Of a DNA stretch of 64,000 bases, positions 38,773 to 51,026 are shown in pieces. The notes below the pieces were generated by a model. The model was given only the letters and a program-made list of their open reading frames with translations, was not told the origin of the DNA and did no database searches. The position numbers were made by a program, and so were the translations under genes. This stretch comes from Octopus sinensis (taxonomy: Eukaryota), in assembly GCF_006345805.1 (NCBI RefSeq), contig NC_043002.1:16368001-16432000 (forward strand), written 5' to 3'. Every line of letters starts with the position of its first letter. The first letter of the stretch is position 1.

Positions 38773-39851
38773 TTCAAAAATCAACAATACCTTTGAAAAG
38801 GAAAACCAGCAAAACACAACATCTCGTTCAAATGAACTTGCTGCTCGTACGACACTACTTTCTTTATTTTGGCACTACGGCCATAACATAGAGGAGACAG
38901 CACACGCAATACGTTGGTGTACATGAAAATACGTTTCGGATGAATTATGAATATAATTAAATGAGAATGAAACCGCTTTCCTGCCCACCAAAGTACGTAG
39001 TTCCATTTTACTGTTTTTTACAAATAACAGTTTTACTTTACAGTCATGTATTTTTTCCTTAACTCAAAATTAAAAACAAATACTGCATTATATCGTCAAA
39101 AATTACAAAAGCCGGCAAACTCGTCATTTCTATACTGAAATAGTGTTATTTCAACTCTTTCTTTCCCCAAAACACTCCCCTATTTCTCTCTCTAACAGAA
39201 AGAGAGGAGTGGTTAGCCTTCTCACCTTCATAGTTTGCCAATTCCACTCTCATATTTTTCATTTTTGTTACTCTCTTTTCAATTTCGACGCTTTTTTCAT
39301 ATACTATGAGGCTTCTTAAGTTTCTGCCTGTAAGTATCGTTCTCTGATATCCTTCACCACTCTCTTCGTACGTCACAAATAGCTCTGACTCTAATTCGCC
39401 GTCTCTTTCATTTCCTTCCTTCTTTCGTACTCCTTCTTCTTGCTAGTTGAAGGCGACGGTTCGTGCGTTCGTATTACACTTGATATTTCATTTAGCTTTC
39501 CATTTATTTTGCTTTACTTTCTTATTTTCCTCTTCTTTTGTTTTTCAAAATAAGCGAAATACGTTTACAAAATATGAATAGATCACACCATGTTATCGAT
39601 TCTCCTATATATTTATGTTGTTGATCGATTATAGCATAATCTTCCAAATCGCAGAATGTTTTGTGCGATTAGTTAAGTAATGTTTTCGTGATACAAATTG
39701 TAATATGTAACGGTCGGGCGATAGTGATTCAAGTGTTTGCAGATTACGCGGGCAATCATAGACTGACACTCAAACACAGTTCAACGTAAAGGTTGGTGGA
39801 TTTGTTGGCTTGAGCACTCTTACACCAAGGTATGTCAGAATATATGTGAAC

Positions 39852-40255
39852 TAAGGCGTCGGGCTAGCAGAAACGTTAGCACTCCGGGCGAAACGCTTAG
39901 CGGTATTTCGTCTGTCTTTATGTACTGAGTTCAAATTCCGCCGAGGTCGACTTTGCCTTTCATCCTTTCGTGGTCGATTAAATAAGTACCAGTTACGCAC
40001 TGGGGTCAGGCAATCGACTTAATCCGTTCGTCTGTCCTTGTTTGTCCCCTCTGTGTTTAGCCCCTTGTATGTTGTAAAGAAATAGGTATTTCGTCTGTCT
40101 TTACGTTCTCAGTTCAAATTCCAACGAGGTCGACTTTGCCGTTCATAGTTTCGGGGTCTATAAATTAAGTACCAGTAACGTACTGACGTCGATCTAATCG
40201 ACTAGCCCCTCCCCCAAAATTTCGGGCCTTTTGCCTGTAGTAGAAACGAATATAT
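39852..40255 (+). mobile_element. SINE family A tandem dimer (tail-1 unit followed by headless tail-2 unit)
   Basis: Unit 1 spans 39852-40084 and ends gtaaagaaata. Unit 2 spans 40085-40255 and restarts at ggtatttcgtctgtc. Confidence 0.85.
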
Positions 40256-41374
40256 TTGAGCTGTTATGATGTTCCCAGAGACGAGTATTCCATTTTAAAT
40301 ATCTAGTTGGCTATATTCTATTAATACCGGTGAAAATATTTATCTATATTTAGTGGCCGGAGACAAAATCTTAGCATGTGCTGAAAGATAGCTGATACAT
40401 ACATAAACTTAGAAAACCATCATTTTATTGTCACTTGTATCAGAAGGCATCACGTTTTAATAACCATAGTTTTCTAACAATTATTGTTTTCTCACTCCGG
40501 CTTACGTAAGCTAAATATCTCAGTTTATCTTGAAGCAAATTATTATAATACATTACAATTCAACTTTTTGTATTACAAAACTATTCTAAATTACAATTAT
40601 ATTATATAGCTTCACTCACCAAATAAATTGCCAATGGTGTATTCTTTTGTGGTGAATTGATTGCAATGCATATATTGTATTATTATAGAATATATATACA
40701 TATAAACATATGACCCGTTCCCTAGATGAATGGAATACTAAAACATTTTTAAAATCTGCCACTAAATATTTCTTTTCAATATTGACGTTCTTGCGAAGAA
40801 ATTTTTGTGAAATAGTGAATTATTTCAAAATTGAATACATTTTAATATGGACAATTATTGTCCAATATCTCTTGATATATTGAAACATAGAGACGATTCG
40901 ATATTTTAAATTTATGTTTTTAATTGATAAGCTTGTTTATTGGATAGTTAGTAATAAGGAACTAGAATGCATTATGATCGTTAAATATGAGTCGTTAGCG
41001 CGCAGTACAAAATGCTAAGGACTAATGCGTGTGCCACTACGTTCTAAGTTCAAATTCCGTCATGGCGGCTTCGCCTTTCATCCTTTGAGGTTCGATAAAA
41101 TAAGTACCTGTTGAGAATTGGAGTTGATGTAATCGACTCAACTCTTACCCCAAAACTGCTTCCCTCGTGGCAAAATCAGTACCCAATATTAACGTTAAAT
41201 ATGATTATCAATATATTGACAGAAAAGTGCATATTTACGGCTACTTATATTTCTCATCGTCGTCCAATTTTGAAGCATGTGATACGACTAATTTTGTGTT
41301 TATTAATTCTACTAATAATCTAATATATATTGACTGTAGTGTTTTTGTATATACATATATGTGTGTGTGTGTGT

Positions 41375-41680
41375 GTGGACGCACAATGATCCAGTGTTAA
41401 GGGCAGCGGACACGCGGTCGAGGATCGCGGTTTCCATTCCCAGACCGGGTGTTGTCACGTTTTGGCAAGGGCTGGTGGTGATCCATGTTGTACTCTTTCG
41501 CCCTAACTTCCTTTCACTCTTTCTTCCTGTCTCTTGAGTAACGCTGCGATGAACTGGCGTCCAGTCCTGCTGGAGGGAGCACATACGCCACAGAAACCGG
41601 GAAATCGGATCCATGAGCCTGGCCAGGCTTGAAAAGGGCGCATAAATAATTAAATGAATAAATAAATAAATAAATAAATA
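41375..41680 (+). mobile_element. tRNA-derived SINE family E with V-domain-like segment and (TAAA)n tail
   Basis: A/B-box-like aatgatccagtg and ggtttccattccc. ctgcgatgaactggcgtccagtcc resembles the V-SINE central domain. The head is shared with 48300-48556. Confidence 0.65.
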
Positions 41681-41698
41681 TATATATATATATATATA

Positions 41699-41902
41699 GT
41701 TAATCCAAATGAGAAAGCACAAAAAACACAACAACGCGAGGACGTGGAACAAATATAGTATTATTGGACGGTCAGGAAAGAGGGAGGGTCTAACGTTTCG
41801 AGCGGAGTTCTTCGTCGGAAACATAGGAGAAGGAAAGATCCAGAGAAGGGAAGACAGAGGAAAAAAAATCGCCAACGGTACACAGGCGGTCACATTTTGA
41901 AT
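41699..41902 (-). mobile_element. Pseudo-LTR-like unit with mutated hammerhead (subfamily 1)
   Basis: Inverted homologue of 42993-43186, flanked by (TA)n. Motif 41788-41822 has core CCGACGA. Confidence 0.78.
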
Positions 41903-42137
41903 ATATATATATATATATATATATATGTCCAGAAACACGCCTGACGCGGAGGAGGAGAGAAAAGAGTAATTCAGGGAAGCCTGGGCTGAGAGGGAATGAG
42001 AAAATGTAATAGCAATGAATGGAAAGAAGGTATGATAGAACGAAAGGGGATGAAAGTGTGAAAAGACTTTGTGCCTCTGTGTGCGTGTAAAGGGGAAGTA
42101 TGTGAATGTTTGTATGTGTGATTATTATGTACATTAT

Positions 42138-42192
42138 TCACATATAAAATACTACAATTAGCCGTCATCATTGACGGAACGTGGTCAGCTAG
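42138..42192 (+). mobile_element. Possible mini-Helitron
   Basis: TC...tataaaa start, hairpin ccgtc-atcatt-gacgg (42162-42177), then CTAG|T 11 nt downstream. Confidence 0.4.
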
Positions 42193-42992
42193 TTTAATAT
42201 AATGATTTACAGAATGGTAAACAACTTTTGAGTTTTCCAATTTTGTTCTTTTCATATCGGTATCAGCTGCGAATATGTCATTTGCAGTGTTTGTTGCCTG
42301 AGCTGAGTTGAATGAACTATCTCAATGTGCATTTTCTTTTTTTTTTTCTGTAACATGACACAATGGCTATTGTCGGTGGTTGCTTGACATGGAGTGGATA
42401 TGTCATAGTATTCTTTGTATTTGAAATCTTTCTGGCATCAGTAGAATTGGTAGTTGATTTCCTCCTCAAAATACATGCTTCCAGGACACCAATATGGAAT
42501 CACATCGCAGTTTTATTTCTACAGCTGGGATGCTTTATTTTTCTCTACAATACCTGAAATCGCCAACGTCCCTCTTTTGTTCAATTATATCCGACACAGG
42601 AACTGAAATTTCAGTGTGAAAACGTGTAAATTAAGTTTGACTTTTTTTTTTTTTTTTTTATTTTTTTTTTACAGGAGGAAAAGGATGCGATTTGAAATGC
42701 ATCTTTAATTTTCAAAAACAAGGTTCATCTTATTTATTTGTCTTTATAGTGATTCAGAAAAACAGTTCGTAAAAGAAAATCAATGTCGATGCTCTCAGTT
42801 GCACACTAAAAAATGTATTTCTTTGGTGTCTTTCTCTATTCATATGTTCAATTTTATATAGTATTTAAGATAAATACTAAACATATATGTACGTATATCG
42901 CTATATCTGTAGGGAAAAAATATATATGTAAATACATGTACCCAGCTATCTATCTATCAATCTATATGTATATATATATTTATATATATATA

Positions 42993-43186
42993 ATTCAAAA
43001 TGTGACCGCGTGTGTACCGTTGGGGATTTTTTTACTCCGTCTTCTCTTCTTTGGATTTTTCCTTTTCCTATGTTTCTGACGAAGAGCTCCGCTCGAAACG
43101 TTAAACCCTCCTTCTTTCCTGAGCGTCCAATAATACTATACTTGTTCCACGTCCTCGCTTTGTTGTGTTTTCATGTTTGGATTAAC
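42993..43186 (+). mobile_element. Pseudo-LTR-like unit with intact hammerhead (subfamily 1)
   Basis: Flanked by (TA)n. Two further homologues occur in the window. Confidence 0.8.
43072..43106 (+). ncRNA. Minimal type I hammerhead ribozyme
   Basis: gttt-CTGACGA-a-gagc-tcc-gctc-GAAAC-GTT-aaac: stem I gttt/aaac, stem II gagc/gctc, loopless palindromic stem III (aacgtt). Confidence 0.72.
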
Positions 43187-43210
43187 TATATATATATATA
43201 GATAGATAAG

Positions 43211-44743
43211 TTTCTTTATTGGCCACACAGGGCTGCACACAGATGGGACAAGTTACAAGGTAGAGCTTTTCTTTTGGGGGATGAAAAAAACAAAAACAAA
43301 AGAAACACAAAAAAAGGGGTGGCGTAGGTTTTCGATCAAGAGGGATCGTAAAAGAGAAGAAAAGAACAAAAAAAAAAAATAAAATAAAATAAAAAGAATA
43401 AAAAGAAAAAAAAGAAAAGGAACAAAAGAAAAGAGAAATGAAAAAAGAAGAAAAAAGGGGAAAAAAAGGAGAAGAGGAAAAAGAACGATCAATAGGGATC
43501 GTGTATCACAGTATTATGATATATGGTGTAAAGGGGAAAGCAAGTAAGGTTTATCCGTGGGAAGAAAAGCCTACGAAAAAGACCACGGTAACCTTGGTCA
43601 ATATTGTTATATGTTACCACATTTGTTTGCAAGTGGGTAACCCTCTGTTTTCAATTTCTGGGTTCATAGGATTATGCTCAAGGTGGCTTCGTCATTCATA
43701 CGTGCCATTCTTGCTACATTCACCCATCTTTTTTTAAAACATTCGCTAGACAAAACTTGCCTCTCTACTCTCACTTTCCTTTTTAAGTGGTACTTGAAGA
43801 AGTTGATGAGAGATTGACCAGAGAGGAAAGTGTTTGTCTCCAATCCTTTCAGACGCGTCCACCAGATACATTCTTTCGCCATATCCACAAGGTTGATGAA
43901 AATAGATCTTCCTTCCCGTTTGAAGGAAGGAGGCGTGACAATATTGACGATAGACTCAGCTGATAAACCGACTCGTCCCACACGTGACAGCAGTTGTTCG
44001 ACATAAGCCCACAGGTCGGAAATTGTTGGACACTGCACGAGTCCGTGCAGAACGGTTTCGTCGCTCTGACCGCATCTCGGGCAGGTCGGCCCCGTGTTCC
44101 TCGAGCCGTGTCTGTAGAGCTTATCCCGAACGGGTAGCGCTTCTCGGTAGCACTGCCAGGCCAGGGATCTCTGGAAGTTGTCCATGGGCCCTGGCCCGAA
44201 AGTCGTCCTGAACAGGCGGGTCAGGTACTCCTCGTCGACGTCCAGGTTCGCCCCGAGCTCGTCGTCGTACCTCCCCTCCACTAATCCCCTATAGAATGCT
44301 TTGGTTGTGTTGAAGTCACTCAAGGTCGATCCAGGACGGCAGAGTTGCTTGAGAGCAACGCGACACGCGCGGTGCCATTCGCCTTTCCTCGGCCTCTTTT
44401 TGATCCACGACTGCAGTTCGGTCATGGAGACGAGCTGCGGGAAAGCGTGCCTCACAAACGGCGACCACACCTGTTCACCGTCGTCTACGAAGGGCCTGAG
44501 ATGTCGCAGTCTCAGCGCGTGTCTGCGCATCATCAACCACGGCATGCCCAGTCCTCCTTTTAACGGATGTTGACAGCAAATGGATCGCCTGACCATCGGG
44601 ACGCATCATTTCCACAAGAACCGAAAGAGAATGCGTTGTAGTTTGGTGATGGTAGGGTCGGGACAAGGCACGACGGTCAGGCGGTAGTAGATGACGGACG
44701 CGATGTACGTGTTCGCCACCTCCGCCCGACCTTTTAGGGACAG
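43211..44743 (-). mobile_element. Tx1/L1-clade LINE, 5'-truncated
   Basis: ORF2 C-terminal region followed by a T-rich 3' UTR ending gccctgtgtggccaataaagaaa. (GATA)n lies on both sides. Confidence 0.92.
43664..44596 (-). pseudogene. Tx1 ORF2 C-terminal fragment (post-RT region and zf-RVT zinc finger), 310 aa
   Basis: HPLKGGLGMP, REALPVRDKL, CPRCGQSDETVLHGLVQC. An upstream in-frame TGA (FLWK*CVP) and the 5' truncation make it non-functional. Confidence 0.88.
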
Positions 44744-44825
44744 TAGATAGATAGATAGATAGATAGATAGATATTCCATCTCTCTCTCGCTCTGTATATA
44801 TAAATATATGTGTATATATATATCC

Positions 44826-44890
<65 letters not shown>

Positions 44891-45890
44891 GCACAGTAAC
44901 ACTATGCATACGAATTGTTTATATGCCAGCTTCCATAATAAAAGTATCTTGACCTTGAACTGAAGATTTACTGGGAAATTTTTAGTAGAGTACATGTCCA
45001 TTCAACTTTTATAAGAGGAAGGAAAGGGGAGAAGAAGAGCACTTGTGTATGTAACAGAAAGAGAGAGAGAGACAGAGAGACAGACAAACACATAAATACA
45101 GAGAGAAAAAAGAGAAATAGACAAATATAAATAATTACGTGCATGCAAATATACATTCTTATACATGTCTGTGAGTATGGGTAAATGTTAACTCAAAGTT
45201 GTCATTATAAATCCGATAGAGGGAGACACATTCAAAATCGTGATGGCGGAAGACTCTATACCAATGCAGAGTAAAGTGCATTAAGAAATCCATCTCACAA
45301 TTTATTCATCACTTTTAATAAGTACATAGACTACATCAATAAGCCATCAGGCGACACTTGACAATCTCTGTCCGTTCTGGGCGTGTGTCTGTGCGCGTGT
45401 GTATATGTATATATATGTAGGAGTGAGAATGTATATTCATATATGTTTCTATATCTGTGTATATGCATATGAAATATGTCGAAATAGAAACATTGTTTAT
45501 GTACGTAACAATCGGCGTATAAAAATGTAATTAGAATTATTATTCAACGAAACGCCAGCGAATCAGTTGTGTTCTGAATATCTATTGAAAATTATTTTCT
45601 TTCAATTCTTACAAATGTCTCATTTCCTTTACTTATTTTGAAACTTTCATTTCGTCCAATGAGACACACGCATGCCCAGACCATCTTCTTCAACGATTTG
45701 TATTAAGACATAATTGCATTCTTAAGACTGTGTTTATTTTAAGATAGACTGAGGAAGGTAGGATATCACTGAATGAGAGTTACGGTAGAGATACTAGCAG
45801 TAACTGCATCGTAGTTGTTGTTCCATATATATCAATGGCATGTGTGCATATCCACATGTGTGTGTACATGTGTGAATGTATAGGTATATA

Positions 45891-45927
<37 letters not shown>

Positions 45928-45979
45928 TATATAGATAAATAGATAGATAGAAAGATAGATTGATATATATAAATACTCT

Positions 45980-46375
45980 TTTATTTTTCTACTTGTTTCA
46001 CTCATTTGACTGTGGCCATGCTGGAGCACCGCCTTTAGTCGAGCAACTCGACCCCAGGACTTATTCTTTGGAAGCCTAGTACTTATTCTATCGGTCTCTA
46101 TTGCCAAACCGCTAAGTTACGGGGACGCAAACACACCAGCACCGGTTGTCTCAAGCGATGTTAGGGGGGGGAACCCAGACACACAATCATATACACACAC
46201 ATACATATATACATATACATATACACGGAGGGCTTCTTTCAGTTTCCGTCTACCAAATCTTTGGTCAGCCCGAGACTATAGTAGAAGACACTCGCCCAAG
46301 ATGCCACGCAGTGGGACTGAACCCGGAACGATGTGGTTCGTAAGCAAGCTACTTACCACATAGCCACTCCTACGC
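45980..46375 (-). mobile_element. SINE family B
   Basis: Homologous to the other family B copies. Confidence 0.88.
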
Positions 46376-47304
46376 ATATATATATATTTATACATATATG
46401 CATATATTAATATAGCCATTTATGTAAATATAAATATATATGTTTACATACGTACACACGTATATACATACGTAAATACATAGAAGTCTTTTTTCCCAAA
46501 AGTGCTCTTACAGCAATATATTATTTGTTAAGTTATCTCATACGTTTTGGCTGCGCGACGGATTTCCAAATTAGTTGCCAATCTTATATCGTTTACACGC
46601 TTAATGATATCCTGTAAACGTAGGTGGGACTCATACATACATACTTCAATCAAACATTTAACACTCGCATTGCCTTCTTTATATAGAAGCAGATCGAAAT
46701 TTTCACTTAACTCTACTTTCTCATTGTTATGTTTAGGAACCAGAGATATGATGGTCTTAAAAAAACGGAGCAATCAGGACAAACCCTTCCTCATCTGCTT
46801 ACTTCACTATACTTATAATATAACGTAGTAGTCGACCTACTGCATCAACAATGAGTAATACGTCATCATTTTATACAAAAAGAAAAACACCTGTATCGCT
46901 GTCAGATGATGTCATTTCGAAGCTACAGATGTTTCACACACATAATTGCATGTAAGAAGAATTTCTCAGTAGCAAAGCCCGGCAGGAAAGTTCCTTCCAA
47001 TTTTGAGTGAACAAGAGTGTTTTAGATATAATTGTACATACCTAGAAGTGTATCAAAACTCTATTTCGTGCGCCTCTGTTTACTTAATTCCAGATTAACA
47101 AAGCTCTTCACACATGAGCATATTAACTATTTGCTATGTAAATTTAAGAACGAATTCTTAGAATTCTTCCACGGACGGATTCACATTTTGTAACTGATGA
47201 ATCTTCTCGTCGAAAAAATTTATGACTTCGGCGGGCCAGTGACCTAATTCACAGCCCACTCATTGTTTATATCAATTACATTTCTCACGCGGCAATTTCT
47301 CCAG

Positions 47305-47340
47305 ATCCCAAGGTCTGGTACACAAGGTCTGGGTGCACAA
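47305..47340 (+). other. Candidate 36-nt micro-exon
   Basis: tttctccag|...|gtaagt. Length is a multiple of 3 and all three frames are open. Confidence 0.25.
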
Positions 47341-47408
47341 GTAAGTTTTAAATGAAATTGCAACCGGTTCTGTAAGAACACTTAAATCTCCTAACAATTT
47401 CACCAACG

Positions 47409-47450
<42 letters not shown>

Positions 47451-48299
47451 GGTAATTCAAAGCCATTTTCTTCGTAGTATTCCATTTTTTTAAATGAAAA
47501 ATCTAATTTTATATCTCTTTGCAACACAGTAATAATCATAAAGCGTCAATCGGTAGATACTAAAATTTCTAGTGGTTGTTGAGATACCATTTCCAGGAAT
47601 CAAGATCATAGAGAAACCATGAAATGCCAACAATGCGCTCAGTAAAATAATGTTACTTGTATTCTTACGAATAACATTGTAGATATTTAGTAATTTTTTA
47701 TTTCGTTGTTACATGTAGAGCTGGAGCATTTCAATGTAAATTATTTCGTGATCATGTAACCTTATTACGTGAAAGTGTAACTGAAGTTAATTCCACAAGA
47801 ATTTACTCAGGAATATTTTACGTTGAAAATGTTGCCGGAATACAAGGTGAATATCACTTCCTCAGATGCCTTCACATTATCGGATGTAGAAAATTATTTG
47901 ATGCTGTTTGATATGAACTACATAGAATTCATTTTATGTCGATTTTGGATGTATATAGTGTGTACATGTTTTAACCAATTTCTTTTATTTTTAAAGTTTT
48001 CTTGACTAATTCTTTAAACGAGTGCAATGGACAGCGTGCACCGGTTTATACATGTATCCAGAGCCATTTAAACAAACAACCGAAACTATCAGTCAAAATT
48101 TGCATCATGGTACTTAAATACCATTACATGTTTCTTAGCAATAAGGGAATATTGTATTTCACACCCTGTGTTACAGGTTATTCTAAGGTCATTATATAGC
48201 CATTAACAGACGTAACAGCATATTAACGTTTCAACAAATTCACCTTGCTCAAAGAACTACACACGTATTAACTTCATCCGTTCATAGTGTAACATATCA

Positions 48300-48556
48300 C
48301 CGGGATCAACGTGACCGACCAGCTACACATTACTTGTCACAATGCGCTTCGTATTGTTTCAGCCTTCAAATGACGCGACCCCGCTGGCTAAGTGAGCAGG
48401 TCTACAGCAGAAAGAGCGAAAGAGTACAGCCCCCACTCCTACCGGAGCCTCTTGGAGCTTTTGGTTTGTTCACTCAATAAACACTCACAACGCCCGGTCT
48501 GGGAATCGAAACCGCGATCCTACAACCACGAGTCCACTGGGTCATTGCGCTTCCAC
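48300..48556 (-). mobile_element. SINE sharing the family E head, with a different body
   Basis: Reverse complement starts gtggaagcgcaatgacccagtgg...gatcgcggtttcgattcccagaccgggcgttg. The lower boundary is approximate. Confidence 0.55.
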
Positions 48557-48774
48557 AGTGTAACATATAGAAATAGTTATATGAATATTGTCACCTGACG
48601 TGTAACAACTGAATTCCATTATTTAAATTTATATTATTCTTCACAAATTATACTCACTTATAGACGTTTAAATATATAAATTTCAATTTCACTAACAGTG
48701 AAATTGGAATTCATAGGATACTTTTCATAGGTAACTATAATTTATTAAATAGAAATATTATTATTTCTAAGTTT

Positions 48775-49265
48775 CTCTAAAGGAGCGGTACTGGATATTA
48801 ATAGTTATCGCTAAGCTAACATGGTAGTCTATAAATATAGGACGAAAGCTGCCATTGATTAGCTCCAAGAGACCATCGCCTCTAGCTAGCTATGTGACAC
48901 ACGAACTATTAATATCCAGTACTTCTGCCGTCTCCTTTAGAGTGACTTCGAAATAATGATATTAATAATATTCCACTGTATTCCACTGAATTTAGGTAAA
49001 TAATCCTTTGAACAGACGGTCAGTAGCGATGCCTGCTGGGTTCGGTTATTCTGCATTGATAAAGGGCAAATACCCTGAAACATGTCTGTAGATGCTTGAA
49101 CAGCAAGGGGAAGCGGTTGACCTCCCCTGTTCGAAGGTTATAATGGACACAGGTTCGTGTATCACATAGCTAGCTAGAGGCAATGCCCTCTTGGAGCTAA
49201 TCAAACGGCAGCTTTCGTCCTATATTTATGGACTGCCATGTTAGCTTGGCGATAACTATTAATAT
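48775..49265. repeat. Nested inverted-repeat structure enclosing a hammerhead motif
   Basis: ~112-bp arms at 48795-48906 and 49153-49265 (about 90% identical by eye), plus a second inverted pair at 48775-48806 and 48904-48942. Confidence 0.88.
49050..49092 (+). ncRNA. Minimal hammerhead ribozyme, U3-A8 core variant
   Basis: tctgca-TTGATAA-aggg-caaata-ccct-GAAAC-at-GTC-tgtaga: 6-bp stem I, 4-bp stem II, palindromic stem III (acatgt). Confidence 0.65.
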
Positions 49266-49673
49266 AATTTATTTGATGTGTATCAAATCGTGGCTTCGAA
49301 CACATATGTTTAGCTTAATATATAAGAAAACTACGTTCCGAATTCTTCTCAAACAAATTATCTTCAAACTTTATTGTGGTGCGTTTTTGACATATACATA
49401 TTTAGTACAATATATATAACATATGAACATTGTGTTACTTTTCTTATTTAGAATTAATATACTCAACGAGGCTAAGAAGAATGTTATGACATAAATTCAA
49501 GGCGTGCACAAACTCTTAACTGTAGTATTTGTTTCATTCCTATTTTGTGTAGCCATCATTAATTTTACATTTATCCCTGTTGCATATATATATTCAAACA
49601 AATGCGAAACGCGCTAAAGCATAACAAAATATATTTGCATTAAATCCACAACATATATGGAATCCGATATCCG

Positions 49674-50609
49674 ATAGTCACAAACACAATTATGAAAACT
49701 GAATGTCACGCTCCGTTAAAAGTCTGTATTTCAAAGCAGAATTGAGAATTTCCGAACTGTTTTGCTTTCAATCGAACGTCACAGATAGTAAGGCAAATTA
49801 TGTATGAGACGGAGATCCGACATTTCAGCAACATGCAATATGTTGGAGCGCTGCGAAATATTTGTTGAGTATAGGAATACTTACATCACAAAAGACTTGT
49901 GCATCTAGCAGTAAACTGTCACACAATGCTGGAAAAAATTAAAGAGTTTAAAGCAACGATAATATTAAATTAGTTGATAATTGTCGGTTGTACGAAACGT
50001 ATATAGATGTTGTTAGAAATTAGAGAAAGCGTACATTTGTTATTTCAATGCTACATAAAAGAGTTTGATATAATATAGCGCTAAATGCAAAGTTTATTAT
50101 GTGCCACATCTATGTATCTTTCTTATCATATTTGAATTATATCCTGTTTCGTTACCACTAGACGATGATCGAAATAATAAATATATTCTCAGTTAGAGTT
50201 GCTCACAAGATTAACGTAAATGTACCACGAACAAACAATTGGAATTCCATGTATTGATATGTATAAATATAAATAAAAAATGAAAATGTCGATTTCTTTT
50301 CCTTGTCGATTTACAAGCTTCCTTGATTGAAAAACATATTTATACGCAAATACTTAGTTAGATGCGTGTTGTTCATCAATTATCAAATCCATCGGAAGAG
50401 AAAATGGAAGAGAAAGAGAACAGAAAGAATATATTCCAACACCAATAGTTATTGATAACTACATAATACTGGCAAATTACATTCTGCACTAATATGATTA
50501 AACACACTTAGAAGTTTTGTACAATACAACATACTTATAGACCGCAGAGGCACACCAAAACAGACGCACTCATACGCACAAATGTGGGAGCCTTCGTTGT
50601 ACTTTTATA

Positions 50610-50702
<93 letters not shown>

Positions 50703-50882
50703 TATATATATATATATATACGCACATATATGTTTGTATGTATATATGTATGTATGTATGTATCTATGAATAAGGCTACCATGTTAATTATTTCTCCGGA
50801 TCTCTTTGAAAATTAAACATATATATAAACAAATATATAAACACACATATATACATAAGTATATACGTCTATACAAACATAG

Positions 50883-50946
<64 letters not shown>

Positions 50947-51026
50947 ATACATATAGTCACAAACAATTATGAAAACTGAATGTTACACTCCGTTAAAAGT
51001 CTGTATTTCAAAGAAGAATTGAGAAT
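49674..51026 (+). repeat. Local direct duplication of ~75 bp (49674-49749 and 50953-51026)
   Basis: atagtcacaaac(ac)aattatgaaaactgaatgt...attgagaat occurs twice with few differences. Confidence 0.85.

Larger units (their letters stand above)
36457..38860 (-). mobile_element. Tx1/L1-clade LINE, internally deleted (5' UTR and putative ORF1 start joined to ORF2 C-terminus and 3' UTR)
   Basis: QLGSWKGK...KMLGVWFSPD...RALSLLGRAEVTLMFIASVITYRLSVVPCP and QLLSTIGRVQLSAESII are homologous to the copy at 43211. The 3' end reads ggcccatgtggccaaataaaagaaaa. The 5' boundary is approximate. Confidence 0.78.

Noticed and set aside
42140-42600. S/T/N/K-rich coding-looking frames on the minus strand and a hydrophobic plus-strand ORF
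   Set aside because: Every acceptor tested runs into stops, the frames are broken, and part overlaps a Helitron-like end.
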